Assembly: GCA_035502655.1 (NCBI GenBank)
Contig: DATJUF010000202.1
Span: 1 to 46,820 of the forward strand
From: Candidatus Binataceae bacterium
Lineage (GTDB): Bacteria; Desulfobacterota; Binatia; Binatales; Binataceae
Length of the DNA stretch: 46,820 nucleotides
Direction: 5' to 3'
Shown: piece by piece, positions 29,494-38,274 of the stretch
Layout: the number at the start of each line of letters is the position of its first letter
How positions within the stretch are numbered: position 1 is the first letter of the stretch
Notes under the pieces: model-generated
Seen by the model: only the letters and a program-made list of their open reading frames with translations
Database searches by the model: none
Told to the model about the DNA's origin: nothing
Program-made: the position numbers and the translations under genes

Positions 29494-30690
29494 ATGAGCA
29501 TCGGCACTAGCGAGGACGAAGCGGCGCGCACTCTTGAGGCGGCAAAAGCGCTCGCTCCGCAGATTCGCGCGGCGGCGAACGTTATCGAACAGAGCCGGCG
29601 CCTCGCCCCCGCGATTGTTCAGTCGATGAAAGAGGCCGGCATCTTTCGCATGGCCCAACCCCATGCCTGGGGTGGACCGGAGCTATCGTTGCCTGCGCAA
29701 GTGCGGGTAATCGAAGAACTCGCCTATGCCGACGGCTCCGTTGGATGGTGCGCGATGATCAATATCGATGGTGGCTACCTGGGGGCCTTCATCGATCAGG
29801 ACGTTGCGCACGAGATGTATCGCGACCTCGACGCGCCCACCGCGGCGAGCCTTATCTTTACCGGCCGCGCTGTCAAAGTTGATGGCGGCTATCGCGTGAG
29901 CGGACGCTGGCCGTTCGCCAGCGGATGCCAGCATTGCGAATGGATTGGACTCACCTGCGCACTGTCTGACAGCTCGGGCAATCCGATTCTCGATGAGCGC
30001 GAGCGCCAGCAGCTCCTCATGTGCATGCTGCCGATCAGCGCCGGCGAAATCCTCGACACTTGGCACACCACCGGCTTGCGTGGCAGCGGCAGCAACGACT
30101 TCGCTGCATCCGGCATATTCGTCCCGGCTGAGCGTGTATCCGATTTTCCCCCGCGGCAGATACGCCGCCCAGGCCCGCTCTACGCTTTCCCGATGCTCTT
30201 TGGCTATAAGCTGCCCGGTGTCACGATTGGTATCGCTCGCGCTGCTATCGACGCGTTCGTAGAATTGGCGCGCAAAAAATTCGTTACCTCCGGGATGCTC
30301 ACCGGACGCAAGACCCTGCTATGCGATGAACCGTACCTGCAATCTGCGGTTGGCCAGGCGGAAGCGCTGATTGGCGGCGCCCGCTCCTACATCTACGACC
30401 GTATCGGCGAAATCTGGAACACGCTGGCCGCCGGTAATCGCCTGACGATTCAACAGCGCGCGCGTTATCGCCTCGCCGTGTTGCAGGGACATGCGAACTG
30501 CCTGTCTGCCGTCGAACTGCTGTACAAGGCCTACGGCGGCGCAGCCGTTTACGCGTCGGGCCCGCTTGATCGTGCCCTGCGGGATCTTCATACGGTGAAC
30601 CAGCACACGATGAATTCGCCCAAAATCTATGAGACTGCCGGACGCGTCCTGATGGGCCTCGACCCGCGTCCGGGCGACGCGCTGCTGTAA
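29494..30690 (+). CDS. ACAD-fold flavoprotein (acyl-CoA dehydrogenase type 2 / HsaA-DszC-like group D monooxygenase family)
   Basis: 398 aa. GGAGGA precedes the ATG. The motif WHTTGLRGSGSNDF and the overall layout resemble the ACAD-fold branch that includes flavin-dependent monooxygenases. Dehydrogenase versus oxygenase is undecidable from sequence by eye. Confidence 0.7.
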   Translation: MSIGTSEDEAARTLEAAKALAPQIRAAANVIEQSRRLAPAIVQSMKEAGIFRMAQPHAWGGPELSLPAQVRVIEELAYADGSVGWCAMINIDGGYLGAFIDQDVAHEMYRDLDAPTAASLIFTGRAVKVDGGYRVSGRWPFASGCQHCEWIGLTCALSDSSGNPILDERERQQLLMCMLPISAGEILDTWHTTGLRGSGSNDFAASGIFVPAERVSDFPPRQIRRPGPLYAFPMLFGYKLPGVTIGIARAAIDAFVELARKKFVTSGMLTGRKTLLCDEPYLQSAVGQAEALIGGARSYIYDRIGEIWNTLAAGNRLTIQQRARYRLAVLQGHANCLSAVELLYKAYGGAAVYASGPLDRALRDLHTVNQHTMNSPKIYETAGRVLMGLDPRPGDALL

Positions 30691-30835
30691 CTCGAAACGC
30701 CAGCCGTCTGGCTTTCGCACAGCCAATCGTTACTTCACTCTTCAACAAAACATGCAGGCGGGCAACCGTTTCGCACCCGGCAATGCTATAGAGACCGGAT
30801 GGGCAGTGGTTTTGCCCTCCAAGGAGGTCAATTGC

Positions 30836-32062
30836 ATGTCCGGGGACAATCTTAAACACGTGCTTGATGGTTATCGCGTGCTGGATTTCAGCCAGATCGT
30901 TGCGGGACCGACGACCACGCTGATGCTGGCTGAGATGGGGGCCGAGGTAATTAAGGTCGAACTCCCGCCGGCCGGTGATCCGGCGCGCCAGGGAGAAGTA
31001 CGCATAAACGGCCGCAGTGGCTATTTCGTCCAGCACAACCGCGGCAAGAAGGATATATGCGTCGATGTGAAGCATCCCGAAGGTTTAGCGATCATCAAGG
31101 CGTTGCTGCCGCATGTTGATGTACTGGTGCAGAACTACGCGCCCGGCGTGATTGCCCGGCTTGGACTTGACTATGAAACTGTCAGCGCGATCAATCCTAA
31201 GATCGTGATGTGCTCGATCTCGGCTTTCGGCCAGAGTGGTCCGCTCGCCCAGGAACCCGGCTTCGACTATCTGGGTGCAGCGTATGCGGGCATCACGTCG
31301 ATGGGTGGCGAGCCGGACGGTCCTCCGCAGATTCCGATGATCGCGATTGGCGATGTCAGCACCGGCGCGCATGCGATGGGCGCAATCTGTGCCGCCTTGC
31401 TCTATCGCGCGCGGAGCGGACGCGGCCAGCATCTCGATATCTCGCTGCTCGATACCTATGCGCATTATCACGAGGCCGGCGTGCAGATGCACAGCGTGAG
31501 CGGCGGCAGGATTAATCCAACCCGATCTGGCGCCCACTCATGGTATGCAACTCCAGCCGGCGTGTTCCGTGGCAATAATCGCTACTTCATCATTATTGCG
31601 CCGCTGCAGCATCAGTTTGCTGCGCTTTCCAAGGCGATGGGCAATCCCGCACTGGCGGAGGATCCACGTTTCGCCACTAATGCCGATCGCCTGAAGAACC
31701 TCAAGCAGTTGACGTGGGTAATCGAGGAGTGGCTCCAGGCGCAGCCGAACGACGAAGCTGTATTGGCGCCGATGCGAGAATACCGCGTGCCATGCGCGCC
31801 AATTCTCTCAGTAGCGGAGGCGCGGCAGCATCCGCATCTGCGCGAACGCGGGACGATTCGCACCGTCCATGATCGCATCCTGGGCGATTTCGATGTACCG
31901 GGCTTCGCGCTGCGTTTCTCGGCTTTTCCTGAGCGTCTCACGCTCGAAGCGCCGATGCTCGGTGAGCATAACGAAGAGGTATTGACGAAGTTCCTCGGCT
32001 ATTCATCCGAACGTGTACGCGATTTGGAACAGCAAGGCGTGCTCCGCAACGCACCGTATTGA
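30836..32062 (+). CDS. Family III CoA-transferase (CaiB/BaiF/Frc family)
   Basis: The ORF track starts at 30752, but ATG 30836 lies 8 nt after AAGGAGG (30821-30827) and gives the family-typical N-terminus MSGDNLKHVLDGYRVLDFSQIVAGP. The catalytic-Asp region is SAFGQSGPLAQEPGFDYLGAAYAG. Confidence 0.85.
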   Translation: MSGDNLKHVLDGYRVLDFSQIVAGPTTTLMLAEMGAEVIKVELPPAGDPARQGEVRINGRSGYFVQHNRGKKDICVDVKHPEGLAIIKALLPHVDVLVQNYAPGVIARLGLDYETVSAINPKIVMCSISAFGQSGPLAQEPGFDYLGAAYAGITSMGGEPDGPPQIPMIAIGDVSTGAHAMGAICAALLYRARSGRGQHLDISLLDTYAHYHEAGVQMHSVSGGRINPTRSGAHSWYATPAGVFRGNNRYFIIIAPLQHQFAALSKAMGNPALAEDPRFATNADRLKNLKQLTWVIEEWLQAQPNDEAVLAPMREYRVPCAPILSVAEARQHPHLRERGTIRTVHDRILGDFDVPGFALRFSAFPERLTLEAPMLGEHNEEVLTKFLGYSSERVRDLEQQGVLRNAPY

Positions 32063-32100
32063 ATTGCGGCAAAGCGTCCAGGCTATCTGAACAAATCATG

Positions 32101-32128
32101 CGCCGGAGCGAACAGCGGCTCCGGCGCA
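32101..32128. terminator. GC-rich hairpin between convergent genes (possible bidirectional terminator)
   Basis: GCGCCGGAGC (32101-32110) pairs perfectly with GCTCCGGCGC (32119-32128) around an 8-nt loop. There is no clear U-tract on the + side; the minus side continues ATGATTTGTT. Confidence 0.5.
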
Positions 32129-32216
32129 CAGGCATTACTCAGTTGGACGATTAAGCAACTGTATCTAGCCATCATTGCGTGAGGCATTATAAGCGATTGA
32201 TGAACTCGGCCCTGAG

Positions 32217-32699
32217 CTACGGCCGAACCACGAACCGATGGCTCAAGTACGCCGCCACCTCTCCTCGCTGATTCTTCAACGCTGACCGCAGGACTATAAA
32301 TACCATCGGTCCTGTACGCCCGGTTTTTTCGTAAATCTCCCTCACTTCCGTGATGGTGCCAATCGTATCGCCTGCGTGAATCGGCTGTACGAACTCGATA
32401 TCGATTCCGCCTGCCAGCCGCCGCCTGCCAAACTTGGGAAGATTGTCGAAAATATGATCTTCGAGGCGGAAAATTCCCGCGAACCCGGGCGGCGCCGTCA
32501 GTCCGCCATCAGGGCCTTGCGCCGCCACTCTCCCATCGCGATAAACCGGATTATGATCGCCAATTGCCTCGCAGTACGCGTCGATCATCTCCTGCTTGAT
32601 CTCCAGCCGGCGCTTGCCTTCAAACACCCTCCCGATTAGTCCCGGATCAAAATCAACCATCTTTGCCTTTAAACGTTCTGCCGCGCCGCCATGAATCAC
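32217..32699 (-). CDS. MaoC_N / FAS1-like hotdog-fold dehydratase subunit (HadA/ChsH-type N-half)
   Basis: 160 aa with IGDHNPVYRD followed by LTAPPGFAGIF and a C-terminal hotdog strand pattern. The start is a GTG at 32699; ATG 32660 is an alternative. It begins 6 nt after the upstream CoA-transferase stop. Confidence 0.7.
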   Translation of the reverse strand: MIHGGAAERLKAKMVDFDPGLIGRVFEGKRRLEIKQEMIDAYCEAIGDHNPVYRDGRVAAQGPDGGLTAPPGFAGIFRLEDHIFDNLPKFGRRRLAGGIDIEFVQPIHAGDTIGTITEVREIYEKTGRTGPMVFIVLRSALKNQRGEVAAYLSHRFVVRP

Positions 32700-32705
32700 A
32701 CCTGC

Positions 32706-33905
32706 TTAAATCACGCCTTCGCGCTTCAACTCTTCAAGTTCGCTGTCGCCATATCCGAGGAGGCTCTTGTAGACGTCCCGATTATGCTCTCCCAGAAGCG
32801 GTGCACTCTTAACCTCGACTGGCGAATCCTCCAGCCGGACGGGACATCCGGGCATCGTGAACTTGCCCCTCACCGGATGGCTAATCGTCACGATCATGCC
32901 GCGCTCGCGCATATGCGGGTCTTCGAGCAACTCGACACTGTCCAGCACCGCCCCACATGGCACGTCCGCCTCGCCAACTATCCGCATCACTTCATGCTTC
33001 GTGTAGCGTGCCGTCCACTCTTCGATTATCTGCCGTAATGCCTCATAATTCTCGCGCCGCTGTGCGCGATCTGTAAAACGCGGATCATCCAAAACCTCGG
33101 GCCGCCCAATCGTCTTCCACAGCGATTGCCACATCTCCTGCGACGAGCAATAGAGGAATACATAGTCATTCGGACCACCGGGTTTGCATTTGAAAATATC
33201 CCCGACCGGCCCGGCGCCAATTCGATTACCTACTCGAGGCGTTGGCTTATGCGTCAGGTAAGTGCCCATCATCGGCACCCGCACAAAATTCAGCACCGCC
33301 TCCTGCATCGATACTTCGACCTTCTGCCCCTTGCCGGTGCGCTCGCGCTGATATAACGCCGCGAGAATCCCGCACGCCGCATGCAGTCCCGTGCCGGTAT
33401 CTCCGATTGTAGGCCCTGGCTTGAGCGGCGGTGAACCGGGGAAGCCGGTGATTGCCATTGCGCCGCCCGCCGCCTGCGCAATCATGTCGAAGCTCTTGTA
33501 TTGGCTATACGGGCCAGTGGTGCCGAAACCCTTTACTGTCATATAGATCAGCCGCGGATTGATTGTGCGCAAATAGTCATATCCAAGGCCAAAGGCCTCA
33601 AGCGTTCCAAGTGAGTAATTCTCACTGAGGATATCGGCTTTATTGATCAAATCGATAAAAATTTGCTTGCCACGCTCGGATTTGAGATTCAGAGTGACGC
33701 TGCGCTTGTTGGCATTGAGCAATATGAAATAGTACGAATCGAGACCCTGCTTCTCCGTCACTCGCCAGCGTCCCTGCTCGCCCATCTTTGGCTCTTCGAC
33801 CTTGATCACGTCTGCGCCGAGCCACGCTAGCATCTCCGTGCATGAGGTTCCGGCTTCGTACTGCGTCAAATCGAGCACTGTCACTCCTGCTAAAGCCTTT
33901 TCCAT
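32706..33905 (-). CDS. Family III CoA-transferase (CaiB/BaiF/Frc family)
   Basis: The ORF track extends to 33974, but ATG 33905 gives the family-typical N-terminus MEKALAGVTVLDLTQYEAGTSC. The catalytic-Asp region is KGFGTTGPYSQYKSFDMIAQAAGG. Confidence 0.85.
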   Translation of the reverse strand: MEKALAGVTVLDLTQYEAGTSCTEMLAWLGADVIKVEEPKMGEQGRWRVTEKQGLDSYYFILLNANKRSVTLNLKSERGKQIFIDLINKADILSENYSLGTLEAFGLGYDYLRTINPRLIYMTVKGFGTTGPYSQYKSFDMIAQAAGGAMAITGFPGSPPLKPGPTIGDTGTGLHAACGILAALYQRERTGKGQKVEVSMQEAVLNFVRVPMMGTYLTHKPTPRVGNRIGAGPVGDIFKCKPGGPNDYVFLYCSSQEMWQSLWKTIGRPEVLDDPRFTDRAQRRENYEALRQIIEEWTARYTKHEVMRIVGEADVPCGAVLDSVELLEDPHMRERGMIVTISHPVRGKFTMPGCPVRLEDSPVEVKSAPLLGEHNRDVYKSLLGYGDSELEELKREGVI

Positions 33906-34223
33906 GATCGCGCATCCTCCATGCCAAGTGCCGCGAATCTCTCGACTATACTTTGATCGGCTTTGGCCGTACAACGCCTCGCCGCGGTCCAGAAAGATCT
34001 AATTGCGGCGAATCTCAGTTTCAATTGACTCGCCTCACCTCACAGCCCTTTAGCCATTAGATCGATCGTAGAACAGCCATTGATTTTCGGACCGCCCTGG
34101 CAAATTCTTACATGCGTTTCTTGTTGAACGTTGCGCCTAACTCTGCAAGTTTCGTGCGGTAGCTTGGCGTTCCGAAGTCGAGGTGGCCGCCGCGGCGAAT
34201 GACACTAGCAGCCTTTTGAACGA

Positions 34224-35843
34224 GTGCCGGGAGCGCATAATCCGATGGCTGCAGGGGCCGTAACAACAACCTTGGGAACTGCGGAGCACGGGACTGCCAG
34301 CAAATGGCTAGTAACGGCTTCCGTGATGCTCGGCACGTTCCTGTCGGTGATGGACGTGAGCGTGGTCAACGTTGCCATGCCTCACATGATGGGCAATTTC
34401 GGCGAAGACCTGCTCACGATCACGTGGGTCTCGACCTCGTACAGCATTGCCGAGATCATCATGATCACGATGGCGCCGTGGTGGACGACGCTGCTCGGCC
34501 GGAAGCGGCTGTTCCTCCTTTCTATGGCGGTATTCACCGCCGCCTCGATATTGGCTGGTACCGCCCAGACCTTTCACCAAATTATTCTTTACCGAGTGGT
34601 GCAGGGAATCGGCGGGGGTAGCCTGATTCCAGTTTCCCAGGCGATCGCGCGCGAAACTTTCCCACCGGCCGAACAGGGCATGGCGATGGCGATCTTTGCG
34701 ATGGGAGTCACACTTGCACCCGCTCTGGGTCCGGTGGTCGGCGGCTGGCTGGTTGATAATTACGGCTGGCCGTGGGTGTTTTATCTCAACGTACCGTTCG
34801 CGATCGCCGGCCTACTGATGGTTAGTGCGTTCGTTCATGATCCACCCTATCTTAAGCGCGGCATCGAGCGGATCGATTGGACCGGGATCGCGCTGCTGAC
34901 GATCGGCCTCACAGCTATGCAAATCGTGCTTGAGCGCGGCGAGGAAGTGGATTGGTTCGCCTCGCATTGGATTATCGCGGGCACCGTGCTAGCAGCCGGC
35001 GGGTTGATCGCACTGGCTGTATGGGAACTTGTATCAAGCGAACCGGTAATCAATTTCCGGTTGTTCCGCAACCTCCAGCTCAGCGCAGGGTCCGGGCTCG
35101 GCGCGATGATCGGTTTCGTGCTCTACGGCTCGAGTTTCGTACTGCCTCAGCTAACGCAGGACCTCCTCGGCTATTCCGCCTATCAGGCCGGGATGGTGCT
35201 GCTGCCGCGTGCGGCCGCGATGTTTCTGATGATGCCAATCGTGGGCCGGCTGTATAATTACGTCAGTCCCCGCGTCCTGGTAACGGGCGGACTCCTGGCG
35301 GTCGCGTTGTCGCAATGGTGGCTGGGTCACATCGCGTTGTATGCGGGCTTCTGGACCATCGCCACACCGTTAGTTGTGCTCGGAGCCGGCCTATCTCTGC
35401 CGATGGTAACGCTGAGCACCGTATCCCTCAGCTCGATGCCGCGTGCGCAGATGACCGGTGCGTCCAGCCTTTATACTCTCGCGCGCCGCGTCGCGGGCAA
35501 TATCGCATATGCAGCGCTCGCAACGCTGATCGACCGGCGGACGCAATTCCATCGCAGCAGGCTGATCGAAGGGGTCACCGGCCTTGATCCGAACTATCTG
35601 CGATCATCGGCAGACTTCACCGCTCGCCTGATGCATTTTGGATATAACTCGGCTGCGACCTCGGACCGCTCACTCGCAATGGTCAGCGCACTAGTAAACC
35701 GCCAATCCACGATGATGGCCTACAACGACATCAACTGGCTGGTGGCGATGATGACGCTGGCGGTGCTTCCGTTCGTCTTGCTGCTGCCACGAAGGCGGCC
35801 CGATCATACGGCCCCTAAGCAAGCCTCGGCGCCATCGGACTGA
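34224..35843 (+). CDS. MFS transporter, DHA2 (EmrB/QacA, 14-TMS) family
   Basis: 539 aa with many TM segments and the EmrB-like start of TM1, LGTFLSVMDVSVVNVAMPHMMGNFG. The start is uncertain (GTG 34224 or ATG 34245). No EmrA-type adaptor is adjacent. Confidence 0.85.
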   Translation: MPGAHNPMAAGAVTTTLGTAEHGTASKWLVTASVMLGTFLSVMDVSVVNVAMPHMMGNFGEDLLTITWVSTSYSIAEIIMITMAPWWTTLLGRKRLFLLSMAVFTAASILAGTAQTFHQIILYRVVQGIGGGSLIPVSQAIARETFPPAEQGMAMAIFAMGVTLAPALGPVVGGWLVDNYGWPWVFYLNVPFAIAGLLMVSAFVHDPPYLKRGIERIDWTGIALLTIGLTAMQIVLERGEEVDWFASHWIIAGTVLAAGGLIALAVWELVSSEPVINFRLFRNLQLSAGSGLGAMIGFVLYGSSFVLPQLTQDLLGYSAYQAGMVLLPRAAAMFLMMPIVGRLYNYVSPRVLVTGGLLAVALSQWWLGHIALYAGFWTIATPLVVLGAGLSLPMVTLSTVSLSSMPRAQMTGASSLYTLARRVAGNIAYAALATLIDRRTQFHRSRLIEGVTGLDPNYLRSSADFTARLMHFGYNSAATSDRSLAMVSALVNRQSTMMAYNDINWLVAMMTLAVLPFVLLLPRRRPDHTAPKQASAPSD

Positions 35844-35861
35844 CAGTCTCTGGGCGCGGCA

Positions 35862-35933
35862 AATTCTCAAACCGTAATCACGAGCGAGCTATGGCGGCAA
35901 GATAATTCGTACCCGATCTTTGGTCTGAGAATT
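35862..35933. other. Long-range inverted repeat between convergent MFS and ABC genes
   Basis: AATTCTCAAACC (35862-35873) is the reverse complement of GGTCTGAGAATT (35922-35933) with one mismatch, enclosing 48 nt. It could be a terminator or stabiliser structure. Confidence 0.3.
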
Positions 35934-35953
35934 CCATTGGTGTCAGCTTAGAT

Positions 35954-37801
35954 TCAACCTCGGCCCATCTGAGTTTTCTCATTATCCGGATGAGTTTCCT
36001 CATTACTTAGTGTGGAAACACTGCCATTAGCCTTGAGCGTGGTCTCATCATGAATAGATACTTCGATCACCCGGCGATGGAATTTGCGCAGGCTTTGCCG
36101 ATGCCCGATGCTGACAAACGCTGTCGGCAAGCGCCTCAGCCTCTCGTACAGGCGCTCCTCGGACGCGATATCCAGCGCACTGGTGGCCTCGTCGAGAATC
36201 GCGAAGCGCGGACGGTTGAGCAGAAGCCGCGCGAACGCAAGCTGTTGCTGCTCCCCGCCCGACAGCACGCTGGCCCAGTTCACCTCGGAATCAAAACCGA
36301 ATTGATCCAGCACCTTGACCAGGCCGACTTCCTGCAGCGCTTCGGTGAGGGCCTCGTCGCTGACCTCCTCGGAGCGCGGATATTGAATTTGCTCACGAAT
36401 CGTACCGAGGATGAGATACGGCTTTTGCGGCATGAACATGATTTCGTCGCTAGGTGGCCGCAGGATTCGCCCGCTGCCGAATCTCCAGAGGCCCGCGATC
36501 GCTCTCATGAGCGTGGTTTTGCCGGCGCCTGTCGGACCATTAACCAGCACGCTTTCGCCCTCGCCAACCGCGAACGAAAGATCTTGCTGCAGTACCCGTG
36601 TCATATCAGGCGTCATCAGGGTGAGATTTTTGGCGGCAACCTGGGCGTCGTCCTCGGTCACTTCGATTCCCGATCCGTCGCCGCTTTGGCTGCTCGCCGC
36701 GCTTTCACAAGTCTCCTCAAACAATGCCAGACGATTCACTACCGACGCATAATCAGTGAGCCCCTGAAACTGATCCACCACCAATGACAATGAACCCTGA
36801 AGCATTGAAAAAGCGTATGCGGCCTGAGTAAATTCACCCAGCTCGAAACGGCCGGAAAAGTAGGCCCCAGCTAGTACGAAATAGGGAAGAAATCCCGCTG
36901 CATTATCGAAGGTATTAGTAAAAAGCGCCAGATGCCGCTGCCATAGGATGAGCAGTTTGAAATTGTTGACTACGGGCGTAAAGCGCTGCCGCAGTTGCCG
37001 CCCTTCATGCCGGGCCCCGTCGTACAACGCGATCGCTTCGGCATTGTCGCGCGCGCGGACCAGGGCGAATCGGTAGTCCGCTTCAAATCGTTGCTGGTTG
37101 AAATTGATCACGACCAGCTTCCGCCCGATCACAATCGTCAGCCACGTCCCTGCGATCGCGTATCCGATCAGGCATAGGGCAAGCCATGGCGAAATTGACC
37201 ACAGGATGCCAAAGAACATGCCCGCGGTTACAATTGACTGTAGCACCGTCATCGAATAGTTCAGCGCACCGCTGGTGAAGCTGTTGAGGTCCTGGCTGAT
37301 CCGCTGATCGGGGTTGTCGACCTTATGGTCGCGCATCATGAAGTAAAGAACATTGTGCCTCAGCATCTTGCCCACAAACCCTTCCGTCATCCACTCGCGC
37401 CAATCGATCCCAAGCAATCCGCTGATATAAGGGTAAAATGCTGCTACCGGTACGAACGCCGCGATCCACAAGGCGAATAGTATTAACAGATGATAAAATT
37501 CTTTGGCGTTCTTGTTCTGCAGCGCGTTCATTATGTCGCGCGATACGTAACTCAAAATCCCCTGCATCCCCACCGTAACGAGGCTCAGCACTGTCATAAT
37601 CGTAATTAGAATGATCGCGTGCTTGCGCCTTTCCGATACCCAATATGGCCGCACCAGCCGCCAGAGCCGAGTCCAAAAAAAACGGTCGAAGCGATCGGAC
37701 GTGTTAGCGTAAGGGTCGACGTCCTGTCCCACGCCATTCGTGTTCATCATTGATTCTTCGAGCTTCGGCCTTGTGAAGCTCGTCGTTTTATTTTCAGCCA
37801 C
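35954..37801 (-). CDS. ABC transporter, fused permease/ATPase of the ABCD / YddA / SbmA-BacA-like type
   Basis: 615 aa, GTG start. The N-terminal roughly 350 aa form a TM domain of the ABC_membrane_2 type. Walker A is GPTGAGKTT, signature LSGGEQQQLAFARLLL and Walker B FAILDEATSALD. Confidence 0.8.
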   Translation of the reverse strand: MAENKTTSFTRPKLEESMMNTNGVGQDVDPYANTSDRFDRFFWTRLWRLVRPYWVSERRKHAIILITIMTVLSLVTVGMQGILSYVSRDIMNALQNKNAKEFYHLLILFALWIAAFVPVAAFYPYISGLLGIDWREWMTEGFVGKMLRHNVLYFMMRDHKVDNPDQRISQDLNSFTSGALNYSMTVLQSIVTAGMFFGILWSISPWLALCLIGYAIAGTWLTIVIGRKLVVINFNQQRFEADYRFALVRARDNAEAIALYDGARHEGRQLRQRFTPVVNNFKLLILWQRHLALFTNTFDNAAGFLPYFVLAGAYFSGRFELGEFTQAAYAFSMLQGSLSLVVDQFQGLTDYASVVNRLALFEETCESAASSQSGDGSGIEVTEDDAQVAAKNLTLMTPDMTRVLQQDLSFAVGEGESVLVNGPTGAGKTTLMRAIAGLWRFGSGRILRPPSDEIMFMPQKPYLILGTIREQIQYPRSEEVSDEALTEALQEVGLVKVLDQFGFDSEVNWASVLSGGEQQQLAFARLLLNRPRFAILDEATSALDIASEERLYERLRRLPTAFVSIGHRQSLRKFHRRVIEVSIHDETTLKANGSVSTLSNEETHPDNEKTQMGRG

Positions 37802-38274
37802 TTATTTAATCCTTGTGGAACCCCGATTAGGAACTGGCGTGCAAAGTTTCGCCACACAAGCCGCGAGCATGGGAGCATGGAACCGAAGTAAGAGTGTCCG
37901 CACAAATTTCGTGCGCCACCCACTCTCTTTCAGCGTCCTATAGGAAACGTTAACAGCATAGGCGTCCAGCAGACAGGCAGGAGAGCTACTGCTGGCCACC
38001 GCGGTGCCGCGGTTAGATTTTCTGATCAATCCAGACAAAATGCCTTGAATCAGGATGACTCAAGTCGCAGTTGCGATCTATACCGATACTTCGGTTCCGG
38101 GGATCATGCCTGGATGCTGCGGGATATGCCATAGACAGCGTGCGGACCAAGTTCGCGCTCCCCGCGTCGAAGCGAACTGCGTTGAAGCCATTACAGGTGG
38201 TCTTGTGTTCGACAGCCCGCGGCCCTCTTCTGTGGCTTGCCGCTAAGGAAACTGCCCGCGCGGGGAGTGCACCG

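Noticed and set aside
37802-38274. Cobalamin, TPP or other known riboswitch upstream of the BacA/YddA-like ABC transporter. RNase P RNA or tmRNA in this or the 44035-44503 spacer.
   Set aside because: I found no B12 box (GCCACTG) or AGGGAA/GGTG..AA..CC core, no CTGAGA TPP core, no GAGGAAAGTCC RNase P motif and no tRNA-like tmRNA end on either strand. A covariance-model scan is still needed to be sure.
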